Translations under genes and position numbers: made by a program | Part shown: one piece after another, positions 1 to 9,812 of the stretch | How the letters are laid out: every line of letters starts with the position of its first letter | Position numbering within the stretch: the first letter of the stretch is position 1 | Notes under the pieces: model-generated | What the model was told of the DNA's origin: nothing | The model's database searches: none | What the model saw: the letters and a program-made list of their open reading frames with translations, nothing else | Source: Fidelibacterota bacterium | GTDB taxonomy: Bacteria; Fidelibacterota; Marinisomatia; Marinisomatales; TCS55 | DNA: 27,990 nt | Direction of reading: 5' to 3' | Assembly: GCA_027251445.1 (NCBI GenBank) | Contig: JAPNQO010000115.1 | Span: forward strand, 1-27,990

Positions 1-462
1 ATAGATGATATGGCGGTAGATAGCTGGGGATATTTTTATCTTTTTTCAAAGAATGATAATGTAATTATGAGAGGAAATATGTCCGGTATAGAACCACTTA
101 TATTTATTGATTTAAATCAGCATATCATTGAAAGAGATTGTGGAGAAAATATTGAAATTAACTCGAACGGTGATATAGCATTATTTTATCCATGTTCAAG
201 CCAATTACTCATCTTTAATCGGTTAGGTAGATTAAAATATAAATTAAATACATCAATAAGTAATCCTCAGATGATTACAAATCATAACAATTCATGGGTT
301 ATTATAAATAATGAGGGTCTGATAGAATCATTTAATCAGTCTTCATCGAAATTATATTCTATTCCATTAGTAAATAATGAAAAATTAATTGATATAACTG
401 CAAGTAATGTTAAAATGTTATTTTTAACAAATCAGAGGATAATAGAACTTTACCTTGATTAA
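1..462 (+). CDS. 5'-truncated NHL/beta-propeller repeat protein
   Basis: The frame is open from base 1 (IDDMAVDSWGYFYL). Blade-like motifs include DMAVDSWG and IEINSNGDIALF..LLIFNRLG. The real start probably lies upstream of the window. The stop overlaps the next gene. Confidence 0.55.
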   Translation: MDDMAVDSWGYFYLFSKNDNVIMRGNMSGIEPLIFIDLNQHIIERDCGENIEINSNGDIALFYPCSSQLLIFNRLGRLKYKLNTSISNPQMITNHNNSWVIINNEGLIESFNQSSSKLYSIPLVNNEKLIDITASNVKMLFLTNQRIIELYLD

Positions 463-3400
463 ACAATTGATTCTGGTTGGTTTGTTTTTTTCAATTATAA
501 AAGGGCAAATCATTTCGACCATAGATACAATTAGCGCCTTACCCTATACAACAGAGATAAAGCTAGATCATGAGCTAATAGTTGATACAAGCTTTTCAAT
601 CTTAGAACAAGATCTTAATTCTATAAAATATTCATTAGATCCTATTAAAGGGATATTATTTATAAATAATCAGAAAGATAAAATTCAATCAATCATCATT
701 AAGTATGATTATTATTCAATATCATTACCAATAAAAATTGGTCCAAAAATGTTGAACCTTCCTCAAATAGATTCATTAATTATAAATAAAGATCTAAAAA
801 ATGAAAGTGAACTCATCCTAAATCCAGTGATTAAAGAAAAAGAATCAATCTATTCCTCAGGAACATTTTTTAGAAACTTGAATATTTCTCCCAGAGGTGG
901 GTCAGAATTTAATGGTGGCTTCCAAATGCAGATACAAGGATCATTAGGTAATGATATACAGGTTAGTGGCGTTTTATCTGACCAAAACTTTCCTATTCAA
1001 CCCGAAGGCAATACAAGCACATTGGATGAAATTGATAAAATTTATTTTCAAATTAATCATAATAATTTTGCAGTTACTGCTGGTGATGTAGATGTTAATA
1101 TCAAATCTGGTAGATTTTTAAATATAAGTAGGAAAACAGTTGGCATTAATAACCAATTTAAATTTGCTGGATTATCTGGTGGCGGTTCTATTGCTGGCTC
1201 AAAAGGAATCACACATCAGGTTGAATTTAAAGGAATTGATAGAAAACAGGGGCCATATAGTCTTACATCAAAAAATGGTAATAGAGATATTATGATTGTA
1301 GCTGGCTCTGAAAACGTATGGTTAAATGGAATACGTTTAAATCGTGGAGAGGAAAATGATTATACAATTGATTATAGTATAGGTGAGATATTTTTCATGC
1401 CAAAAAACATAATTTATTTCGATAGTGATATCTATATAGAATATGAGTATTCTGGTGAGCAGTATAATCGAAGCTTATTGAGCTCATCAATAAATAAAGA
1501 ACTAAAAAATAACGGTAACTTTCAATTAAGCTGGTTTCGAGAATATGATCAAACATCAAATTCAAACAATGGAATAAATAGTGAGGTATTATCAATATTT
1601 AAAAACTTAGGAGATAAAGATGCATATATTAGCGGTGCACTAGAGGATTCAACGGGGATGTATGTATACATCGATAGTATCTATATTTATGATTCTACAA
1701 ATACTTCAGTTGGACAACACTATCAGGTATCATTTACGTATGATAATTTGAATGGTGAGTACGTAAGAAAATTATCTAATAATGGAATACTATATTATCA
1801 ATGGTTAGATAGATCTGATCCCATAATTAATAATCAACTTATGGACTTTTATAGTCCTGTTAGAAAATTAGTTACGCCTGAAAGGCAGCAACTGATTCAA
1901 GCATTAAGTAATTACCATGTAAATGATTGGTTAGCTCTATCAATGGAACTTGCTGTATCAGACTATGATAAGAATACTCTTTCTAATATGGGTGATACTA
2001 ATAACAAAGGTTTAGGTCATCAATTAAAAATATCTGGAGATAAGATCAGATTGAATGATAAAATAGAAATGGGCTATGAAATTTCTCAATGGGGTAGAAA
2101 TAAGAGTTTTAATTCTTTACAAAGGGATCGCTCAGTGCAGTTTAATCAAGACTGGAATATTTCACCTATTGAAGATAATAATGAAAAAATGCAAAATATA
2201 ACTTCAACAGTGTCTATTGATTCTTTACTAAGAATTAATACAATGCTTTCAAATTATAAAGTTGGCTCATACAATAAAGATAGAACCCAAATTGATTTCA
2301 TAGGTAATAATAGTTTTATTGAGAATATATCTGGAAGAGTAAATCAAGTCCGATCTAATAATGAGAATTTTCAAACAGTTTACTTAAATACAAAATTTCT
2401 ATCAGGTTCAATTCATCCAGTAATTAACTATGTATATGAACGTTCTGATAGATCATATCATTTTCAGCATCTTACTTCTGGTCTTGAAATTAAAGGAAAA
2501 CGACTGCAAAGTACGTTTGGAATTGGGCGTAGAGAAGATTATGTATATCATGATAATAATGAGGTTTTATTATCAAATGGATATTTTGGAGAATTTGATA
2601 TGAAATTTCGTTCTTCAAATGGTTGGAATCATTCAGTAATCTACAGAAAGAGAGTGAAGACAGAGGCACTAGATAATCAAAAAATTAATTATGATCTTTT
2701 GCAAGCAAGAACTTCACTCAGAAAACCAAGAGCACCATTACGTTTTGATGCAAGGTTCAAAGTCGAAGAAGTCCTAACTGAAAATAGAATTATAGTATAT
2801 GATTCAGTAGGTATTGGTTTAGGTACGCATCGTTATGATCAAGAGTTTGAAGAATATATTCCAGATCCTAATGGCGCATTTATTTCTTATTCAGTTTTAT
2901 CAGGAAGTCGTATTCCTACTACAAAATTTGAGGGTATTCAGCGCTTAGAATATGATTTTAGTAAAAAATTTAAATCAATGTTGAAGGATGTAAAATATAG
3001 AATGGATTGGAAATGGGATTTTAATGGGCAAGATTTTGATATTAATCAATATGGAAATAATAATATAACTAATAGATCCATCGTGCGTTCAAAATCTAAG
3101 CTACTTAATGAATTAAATTATTTAAATCAAGATGGTCGACAAATTAAAATTTGGAATAGAGGTGAGAGAGATTTAAATAGTCTAGACCCAAGAGGACCTG
3201 ATTTAAAAACTATTAATGAAAATGGCGCAGATTATTTACAACCAATCTTGAATGAGATGCATATTGGATTAAAAGTAGATCATCATAGAATAAATATTAA
3301 TTCAAGTTTTTCTCCTTTGAGAGATAGAAGTGCAGTGGGTTATTGGTCTGAAATAGGTTTAAAAAAAAGGATGTCTTCAGTCTTACATATGGAGGGTCAT

Positions 3401-3733
3401 CTACAATTTGGATATGATGAGGGTTTACATCAATTAGATAAGTATACATCTAGGTTAAGAGGATTACGCATTGAATTATTACATTTTTTTAGTTCTAAAG
3501 GTCGAATCCAAATGAGATATGAATGGTCAAATGTAAATTTATTTGGTCAGGCAAATTACTTACCACCAGAAGCATTAAGAGGTAATAGTATTGGTGAAAA
3601 TAAAAGAGCTAATATGAATGGCAATATATTTTTGAAAGAAAATTTTTCAATTAATTTAAATATTAATTACATATCGGATATACGATATACAAATTTTATT
3701 AATCTAAGTGGAGAAATACGTGCGTATTTCTAA
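455..3733 (+). CDS. Large outer-membrane beta-barrel protein, uncharacterised FCB-group family
   Basis: TTG start and signal peptide (MIKQLILVGLFFSIIKG|Q). Conserved-looking motifs SDQNFPIQPEGNT, QGPYSL and GSENVWLNG..L.RGEENDYTIDY. The C-terminal half has amphipathic beta-strands and ends in an aromatic beta-signal (GEIRAYF). Confidence 0.7.
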   Translation: MIKQLILVGLFFSIIKGQIISTIDTISALPYTTEIKLDHELIVDTSFSILEQDLNSIKYSLDPIKGILFINNQKDKIQSIIIKYDYYSISLPIKIGPKMLNLPQIDSLIINKDLKNESELILNPVIKEKESIYSSGTFFRNLNISPRGGSEFNGGFQMQIQGSLGNDIQVSGVLSDQNFPIQPEGNTSTLDEIDKIYFQINHNNFAVTAGDVDVNIKSGRFLNISRKTVGINNQFKFAGLSGGGSIAGSKGITHQVEFKGIDRKQGPYSLTSKNGNRDIMIVAGSENVWLNGIRLNRGEENDYTIDYSIGEIFFMPKNIIYFDSDIYIEYEYSGEQYNRSLLSSSINKELKNNGNFQLSWFREYDQTSNSNNGINSEVLSIFKNLGDKDAYISGALEDSTGMYVYIDSIYIYDSTNTSVGQHYQVSFTYDNLNGEYVRKLSNNGILYYQWLDRSDPIINNQLMDFYSPVRKLVTPERQQLIQALSNYHVNDWLALSMELAVSDYDKNTLSNMGDTNNKGLGHQLKISGDKIRLNDKIEMGYEISQWGRNKSFNSLQRDRSVQFNQDWNISPIEDNNEKMQNITSTVSIDSLLRINTMLSNYKVGSYNKDRTQIDFIGNNSFIENISGRVNQVRSNNENFQTVYLNTKFLSGSIHPVINYVYERSDRSYHFQHLTSGLEIKGKRLQSTFGIGRREDYVYHDNNEVLLSNGYFGEFDMKFRSSNGWNHSVIYRKRVKTEALDNQKINYDLLQARTSLRKPRAPLRFDARFKVEEVLTENRIIVYDSVGIGLGTHRYDQEFEEYIPDPNGAFISYSVLSGSRIPTTKFEGIQRLEYDFSKKFKSMLKDVKYRMDWKWDFNGQDFDINQYGNNNITNRSIVRSKSKLLNELNYLNQDGRQIKIWNRGERDLNSLDPRGPDLKTINENGADYLQPILNEMHIGLKVDHHRININSSFSPLRDRSAVGYWSEIGLKKRMSSVLHMEGHLQFGYDEGLHQLDKYTSRLRGLRIELLHFFSSKGRIQMRYEWSNVNLFGQANYLPPEALRGNSIGENKRANMNGNIFLKENFSINLNINYISDIRYTNFINLSGEIRAYF

Positions 3734-5084
3734 AATTATTTTAATTTTAATGACTATTGTAAATAGTCAAGTTGTAAAACTTACTATTGATAATGATAAT
3801 AATTATAAGTTTTTAGATAGTGATAGTGTCCAATATTATTTGGATTCATTGATGATGAATTATAGTTCAATAAATTATAGTTATCTACTTGATTCAATTG
3901 ATGGTAAAGATTCAATTAAGGTAAAATATGCTATATATGAAGAACCTATATATATTGATACATTATACTTTAAAAATAATAATAAAGTAAATAATCAAAC
4001 CTATCGTTCACTATTTAAATCATTATTTAGTGTGTCATCAGAGACTGAAATTTTAAAGCAAATTGATAGGATAGAATCCTCTTTTAAGTTTTTACATAAT
4101 AGCATTCATTTAACTTATGGCAAAACTGCAAAAGGAGGCTTGGCCCTTCTAATAGATAGTGATCCAGTCTTTGAAAACAATATTTCAGGATTGTTTGGAG
4201 CAAACAGAACAAATAGTGGTGATTGGATTACAAATGGAGAAATTGAGTTATATATAGAAAATATTTGGTCTACTGCGAGTAATTCTTTATTCCATTGGAA
4301 AAGGCTTAATGAAAAGTCAGAAATAATTTCATTTATTCATTATGAACCTACTTTATGGAGTTTACCTTTTGGTTTGCAATTTAAGTTCGATAAAGAATTA
4401 AGAGATCAAGAGTACATTTTACAAAAAAGAGATTTTAGGATTTTCTCAAACCCAAATCGTTATGGTAAATGGTTCTTTGGAAGCAATTCATCAATAATAA
4501 TCCCTACTGAAACTGGATATTCTAATGGGCTATTAAGAAATAAATCAAATTCACTACTTTTAGGTATTTTAAGTGATAAGAGGAATCATAGATGGATACC
4601 AACGAATGGTAATTATTGGAATATTACAATATCACTTGGAAAACAAATTGAAAATAATATTTCTAACCTTAGAGGAGATTGGTCTTTGGACAATGGGTTT
4701 TATTGGAAGATTAACTCATTATTATCATATCATATGAAAATAAATGTAAAAGGAAGTTGGGTAAAAAATGATAAAATTCATAAGGGTCAAAAAATACGAT
4801 TTGGTGGTATAAATAGCCTAAGAGGTTATAGGGATGATCAATTTATTTCAGCAAATCTATGCATCCCTACTATAGAGTTAGTGTCAAATATTAGTCGTGA
4901 TATTCAATTCCTAACATTTGTTGAAAGCGCTATTCAGAAAGAATATGTTCCATATCCTTTAGGCTTTGGATTTGGTATTAAACAAATTTCAAAGAGCTCA
5001 ATTATTAGTGCTACAATTGGATATGGAAGAGGAGACATTTTTTCAGAAGGTAAACTCCATATTAAGTTTTCAAGTCGATTATAA
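3720..5084 (+). CDS. Omp85 (BamA/TamA-like) outer-membrane protein with a short N-terminal region
   Basis: Loop-6-type motif RFGGINSLRGY and a barrel-like C-terminus. GGAG at 3710-3713 lies 6 nt before GTG 3720, giving the signal peptide MRISKIILILMTIVNS|Q, so 3720 is preferred over 3708. Confidence 0.75.
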   Translation: MRISKIILILMTIVNSQVVKLTIDNDNNYKFLDSDSVQYYLDSLMMNYSSINYSYLLDSIDGKDSIKVKYAIYEEPIYIDTLYFKNNNKVNNQTYRSLFKSLFSVSSETEILKQIDRIESSFKFLHNSIHLTYGKTAKGGLALLIDSDPVFENNISGLFGANRTNSGDWITNGEIELYIENIWSTASNSLFHWKRLNEKSEIISFIHYEPTLWSLPFGLQFKFDKELRDQEYILQKRDFRIFSNPNRYGKWFFGSNSSIIIPTETGYSNGLLRNKSNSLLLGILSDKRNHRWIPTNGNYWNITISLGKQIENNISNLRGDWSLDNGFYWKINSLLSYHMKINVKGSWVKNDKIHKGQKIRFGGINSLRGYRDDQFISANLCIPTIELVSNISRDIQFLTFVESAIQKEYVPYPLGFGFGIKQISKSSIISATIGYGRGDIFSEGKLHIKFSSRL

Positions 5085-5132
5085 AAGCAAATAAGTGGTT
5101 TTTGCTTAATAAAACACTAATTTTGCAATACT

Positions 5133-6155
5133 ATGGATAAATATTTATCATACTATAGATTTATATTTTTTGGATATATAATATTGTTCCAATTTAATTG
5201 TGAGATTAAAAGAGATGCACTAGGATCGGACGATGAAATTATTGTGATTTCTGCAATGGAGGATGAAGAACATTTACAATCTATACTTAGTAAAATTTTC
5301 AATGATACATTATTCACTCCTGAGCCAGAACCTTATTACAAATTGAACTTCGTTTCACCTTCAGATTATAGACGAATCAAGAATAGTGTTCATATTGTAA
5401 TTGGTGCTATTGGCAATGATCCTTCAAACCCCGCAGTAGAGTTGGTAAAGAATATTTTATCTGATAAGCAATATAAGAATTCAATATCCGGAAATAAACC
5501 AATTATCATTTCAAAAGATCCATATGCAAGGAATCAATTATTAATGGTAATTAATTCTCCTAATATTGAAATAGCTGAGGAATTCGCAATTAAAAATAAT
5601 CAAAAGATTAAAGATCAATATTTTTCACTATTTCAAAATCGTCAAATAAAATATATGTTTAATAATGCACGTCAAAAGAAGTTAGAAAAACATTTGATTG
5701 AAGATTATGGTTGGAGTATAAAAATCCCATGGGGGTATGAGGTGATTGTTGACAGTTCTGAACAACAACTATTTTGGATTGGGCGAGAAATGCCTTTCCG
5801 TTGGCTCGCAGTCCATTGGCGTGATGGTGCAATCGTTGAAGACTATGATTCAGCGAAAGAATTTGCAATGGATTTCCCTAGAAATTACTTTAAGAATATT
5901 CAGTACAGTGAAAACTATTTTGAGCTAAATACTACCAACAAATTTAACCAGTGGCTTACTTGGAAGATAAATGGGTTATGGGAATCACTTGATGATGCGC
6001 AAGGAGGTCCTTTTTTAGCTTATTTATTTTATGATGGAATTACAGATAGAACGTATTATATACATGCAATGGTATTTCACCCTGGAAATAATAAAGTGAT
6101 TCTTTTACAACAATTAGATCTTATCGCAAAATCATTTATTGTTGATAATAGATAA
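5133..6155 (+). CDS. DUF4837-family lipoprotein
   Basis: Lipobox-like LFQFNC. Motifs TPEPEPYY, DPYARNQL, GLWE...GGPF and P...K...L.QLDLIAKSF are typical of this FCB family (recognised from memory). Confidence 0.75.
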   Translation: MDKYLSYYRFIFFGYIILFQFNCEIKRDALGSDDEIIVISAMEDEEHLQSILSKIFNDTLFTPEPEPYYKLNFVSPSDYRRIKNSVHIVIGAIGNDPSNPAVELVKNILSDKQYKNSISGNKPIIISKDPYARNQLLMVINSPNIEIAEEFAIKNNQKIKDQYFSLFQNRQIKYMFNNARQKKLEKHLIEDYGWSIKIPWGYEVIVDSSEQQLFWIGREMPFRWLAVHWRDGAIVEDYDSAKEFAMDFPRNYFKNIQYSENYFELNTTNKFNQWLTWKINGLWESLDDAQGGPFLAYLFYDGITDRTYYIHAMVFHPGNNKVILLQQLDLIAKSFIVDNR

Positions 6156-6162
6156 GTTATTT

Positions 6163-7029
6163 ATGAAAAAGATATTAATTACTGGGGCATTTGGTCAGTT
6201 AGGTACTTCATTATGTAAAACTTTATCAAATGAATCTATTTTAGCAACTGGACGCAGTATTGTTTCATCTACGAAATACAAATCTATTGAGTTAGATATT
6301 ACGAATCCAAAACAAGTTAAGGGCGTAATATATAAATATAATCCAGATATAATTATCCATCTTGCCGCAATGACAGATGTAGATGGATGTGAGAAAAATC
6401 CAGAAACTGCTTTTGATGTTAATGTAAAAGCGACTGAAGGTTTAATTAAGAATTATAATGGAAAATTTATTTATATATCAACAGATTATGTTTTTGATGG
6501 TGAAGATGGTCCATATGTAGAAGATGATAAAGTAAATCCAGTGAGTGTTTATGGAAAAACAAAATTATATGGTGAAAACATGGTTAAGAATTCAGATGCA
6601 AATTGGGTAATACTACGTTCAAATATTATATTCAGTTATAATGATAGGACAAAAGCAAGTTTTGTTAATTGGGTTGTAGATTCACTTAAGAAACAAGAGA
6701 GCATACGTGTTGTAAATGATCAGTGGAATAATCCCACTTGGACTAATGATCTTGCAAAAGTAATTTTAAAAATAATTGAGAAAGACGCCATTGGTTTATA
6801 TCATTACGGAGGTAGAGATTATATGAATCGATTTGAATTTGCAAAAATGATAGCATCATCATTTGGGCTAGATGGATCATTGATTAGTCCTATAACTACA
6901 TCTGAACTCAAATGGTTAGCTCAAAGACCTTTGAAAAGTGGTTTAAACACTAAAAAGATTGAATTAGATTTAGGGATAGAAGCTCTTCCAATTCAAAAAG
7001 CATTAGATGAAATGGTTTCTTTATTATGA
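6163..7029 (+). CDS. rfbD: dTDP-4-dehydrorhamnose reductase (SDR family)
   Basis: GAFGQLG Rossmann motif, AAMTDVDGCE, ISTDYVFDG, YGKTK (YxxxK) and DQWNNPT. ATG 6163 (MKKILITG) is preferred over the TTG at 6139. Confidence 0.9.
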   Translation: MKKILITGAFGQLGTSLCKTLSNESILATGRSIVSSTKYKSIELDITNPKQVKGVIYKYNPDIIIHLAAMTDVDGCEKNPETAFDVNVKATEGLIKNYNGKFIYISTDYVFDGEDGPYVEDDKVNPVSVYGKTKLYGENMVKNSDANWVILRSNIIFSYNDRTKASFVNWVVDSLKKQESIRVVNDQWNNPTWTNDLAKVILKIIEKDAIGLYHYGGRDYMNRFEFAKMIASSFGLDGSLISPITTSELKWLAQRPLKSGLNTKKIELDLGIEALPIQKALDEMVSLL

Positions 7030-7742
7030 ATACATTAATTATATCACCAACATATAATGAAAAGAAAAATGTAACATCTCTAGTAGATAGTATTTTTAAT
7101 ATTAATAAAGATTATCATGTTTTAATTATTGATGATAATTCTCCTGATGGAACAGCACATCTTGTAAAAGAATTACAGCTGAAATATAAAAATTTGTTTT
7201 TAGAAGAACGACCTGGTAAAGCAGGCCTAGGTACTGCTTATAAGTATGGTTTCGATTGGGCATTAAAAAGGAATTACGATAATATTGTTCAGATGGATGC
7301 TGATTTATCTCATGATCCAAAAGAAATAGAATACATGGTTAGCCTGCTTAATGATTATGATTTGGTAATAGGAAGTAGATATATTGATGGTGTAAGTGTG
7401 GTTCATTGGCCCATTAAAAGGTTGCTTCTTAGTTATGGCGCGAATGTTTATGCTAGAATAGTTACCGGACTTCCTCTTAAGGATTCTACAGGAGGCTTTA
7501 AAGCGTGGAAAAGAAAAGTATTAGAATCTATAGATCTTTCCGGCGTGAAATCACAAGGGTATTCTTTCCAAATTGAGATGAATTGGAGAGCATGGCAAAA
7601 AAGTTTTTCCATCATAGAACATCCGATAATTTTTGCAGATAGAACTATTGGAGAGTCAAAAATGTCAAAAAAAATTATGCTTGAAGCTATTATTGTTATT
7701 TGGCGAATGAGAATATGGAAAATATTTGGTTGGCATAAGTAA
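7026..7742 (+). CDS. Polyprenol-monophosphomannose synthase (DPM1/Ppm1-like GT2)
   Basis: Motifs PTYNE, DDNSPDGT, GLGTAY, QMDADLSHDP, GSRY, DSTGGFK, GYSFQIE and F.DR..GESKM. Confidence 0.88.
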   Translation: MNTLIISPTYNEKKNVTSLVDSIFNINKDYHVLIIDDNSPDGTAHLVKELQLKYKNLFLEERPGKAGLGTAYKYGFDWALKRNYDNIVQMDADLSHDPKEIEYMVSLLNDYDLVIGSRYIDGVSVVHWPIKRLLLSYGANVYARIVTGLPLKDSTGGFKAWKRKVLESIDLSGVKSQGYSFQIEMNWRAWQKSFSIIEHPIIFADRTIGESKMSKKIMLEAIIVIWRMRIWKIFGWHK

Positions 7743-7747
7743 TAATT

Positions 7748-9811
7748 ATGAAAAAAAATGTATCATTACTTATAGTAAGTTATAATGTATGTCAATATAT
7801 AGCTCATGCGATTGATTCTATTCTTAAATCTGATCTGGATAATTTTGAGATAATTATTATTGATAATAATTCGTATGACAATACAGTTTCATACCTTAAA
7901 GAAAGATATGATCATTTGCGTCAAATTAAGATTATTCAAAATAAAGAGAATGTTGGTTTTGGTAAAGCAGTTAATCAGGCTGCAAATATTGCAAATGGTG
8001 ATTATTATTTAATTTTAAATCCTGATACAATCATACAAGAAGAGACTATTTCTATATTAAAAGATTATCTTGATAATAATCCTAATGTTGGTATGGTTGG
8101 TCCTAAAATAATTAATGCAGATGGTACATTACAATTAGCATGCAAGCGTTCGTTTCCAACTCTACGTGTTGCTTTGCCGAAATTACTTGGGTTTAGTCGT
8201 TTATTTCCAAATTCTAAATGGGCAGGGCAATATAATCTAACTTATCTCGATGAGGATGAAATCTCTAAAGTCGATGCTATTAGTGGATCATGTATGTTTA
8301 TTAGATCATTTTTATTTCATGAATTAAAAGGCTTTGATGAGCGCTTCTTCATGTTCGGAGAAGATTTAGATCTTTGCTCACGTATTTGGAAAAATAATTA
8401 TGAGGTTCATTATGTTCCAAGTACACAGATAATTCATTATCAAGGAGAATCAGTAAAATCTGCTCCTTTTGATAGTATAAATGCATTTTATAATGCAATG
8501 ATATTATTTGTTGATAAGCACTTTTCATTCGGAACTAGTTGGTTAATGAAATTTGCTATACGTTGTGGAATATATATGAGAAAATTTATTTCAATGCTCG
8601 GTGAAAAGCGTTCTCAAATCCTTTCTGTAACAATAGACTCTATCGTTATTTTATCTGCTTTCTTAATTGCCATTTCTATGAGATTTCCAGATTATGAACC
8701 AATAAAAATGAGCAATGGTTTGGTTCCAGCTATATATATAATATTTTGGATTGGTGTTGGATTTATTTTTCAATTATATAATAGATATATATTATCGTAT
8801 TCACGTGCAATTATTTCTTCAGTAACTGGATTCTTTTTAGCAGTGGCCTTCACATATTTTTTCAAACAATATGCATTTTCACGTTTCGTGATAATATTTG
8901 GATCAGCTATAATTACAGTTCTTATCCCAGGGTGGCGTGTTTTTGTCAACTTTCTAATGGCACGAGGTGTATTGCATCATGTTAAACAAAAGAATCCAAT
9001 ATTTTTCACAAGAAAGACAATAATTATTGGGGCCGATCAAGAAGGATTAAGAATTGCTGATAATTTATTGAAAAGATTTGATACTGGGTTAGAATTAATA
9101 GGAATCATTGATAGAAAATTGCCTAAAGAAGATGCTATGCTTCCTACAAAGTATATTGGACAACTTACAGATTTACGAGATCTTATTATTAAGTATCGTA
9201 TAAGAGAAATAATATTTTCTACTAGTGCATACACAAATAAAGAAATTCTAAATTTAATGAATGAAACAAAAGATCTTCGATTAACATATAGGATGATACC
9301 TAGACATCAAGAAATATTACTGGGAAAGGCCTCAATTGAAGATATTGGAGATATATCCTTCCTAAATATTGAATATAATTTATTTTATAGCTTGCATAGA
9401 CTTACAAAACGTATTTTTGATTTAGTAGTATCTTTTATGATGCTAATTATATTTAGTCCAGTTATTCTGTTGTTAATATTATTAAAAAAAGGTACCAAAA
9501 AACAGTTTTGGGGTGTTGAAGGAAATAAATTTAATGTAACTATTTTCAACGTAAGATCACGCTTTATAAAAGAATTACCTCTATTTTTTGGAGTTTTATT
9601 AGGAAACCTTAGTCTAGTAGGCTCTACTATGTTTGAAACAACAGAGCCAAATCCAGATTTAATATGTCAGCCGGGATTAACTGGTTTAGAAAGAATAAGA
9701 TCAATAAAATTTAGCTCTAAAGATAGATTAGCTTTAGATCATTATTATGTACAAAATCAAAGTTTTACTATGGATCTTGAAATTATTATGAAAACGGTAT
9801 TCAGTAATTAA
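7748..9811 (+). CDS. GT2 glycosyltransferase fused to a TM bundle, a Rossmann/CoA-binding-like domain and a degenerate phosphoglycosyl-transferase (Bac_transf) domain
   Basis: The N-terminus has DNNSYD, NVGFGKAVN, LNPD and GFDERFFMFGEDLD. About 4 TM helices follow, then IIIGA..EG. The C-terminus has KRIFD, ELP..VL.G.LSLVG, PGLTG and D.YY.QN.S...D.EI. Confidence 0.82.
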   Translation: MKKNVSLLIVSYNVCQYIAHAIDSILKSDLDNFEIIIIDNNSYDNTVSYLKERYDHLRQIKIIQNKENVGFGKAVNQAANIANGDYYLILNPDTIIQEETISILKDYLDNNPNVGMVGPKIINADGTLQLACKRSFPTLRVALPKLLGFSRLFPNSKWAGQYNLTYLDEDEISKVDAISGSCMFIRSFLFHELKGFDERFFMFGEDLDLCSRIWKNNYEVHYVPSTQIIHYQGESVKSAPFDSINAFYNAMILFVDKHFSFGTSWLMKFAIRCGIYMRKFISMLGEKRSQILSVTIDSIVILSAFLIAISMRFPDYEPIKMSNGLVPAIYIIFWIGVGFIFQLYNRYILSYSRAIISSVTGFFLAVAFTYFFKQYAFSRFVIIFGSAIITVLIPGWRVFVNFLMARGVLHHVKQKNPIFFTRKTIIIGADQEGLRIADNLLKRFDTGLELIGIIDRKLPKEDAMLPTKYIGQLTDLRDLIIKYRIREIIFSTSAYTNKEILNLMNETKDLRLTYRMIPRHQEILLGKASIEDIGDISFLNIEYNLFYSLHRLTKRIFDLVVSFMMLIIFSPVILLLILLKKGTKKQFWGVEGNKFNVTIFNVRSRFIKELPLFFGVLLGNLSLVGSTMFETTEPNPDLICQPGLTGLERIRSIKFSSKDRLALDHYYVQNQSFTMDLEIIMKTVFSN

Positions 9812-9812
9812 T

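Noticed and set aside
3708..5084. Calling the Omp85 gene bamA
   Set aside because: It is too short for the multi-POTRA architecture of BamA, so only family-level assignment is supported.
5085..5107. AAGCAAA-N9-TTTGCTT inverted repeat as a terminator
   Set aside because: The stem is weak (7 bp, 2 GC pairs) with no U tract. It overlaps a probable promoter region.
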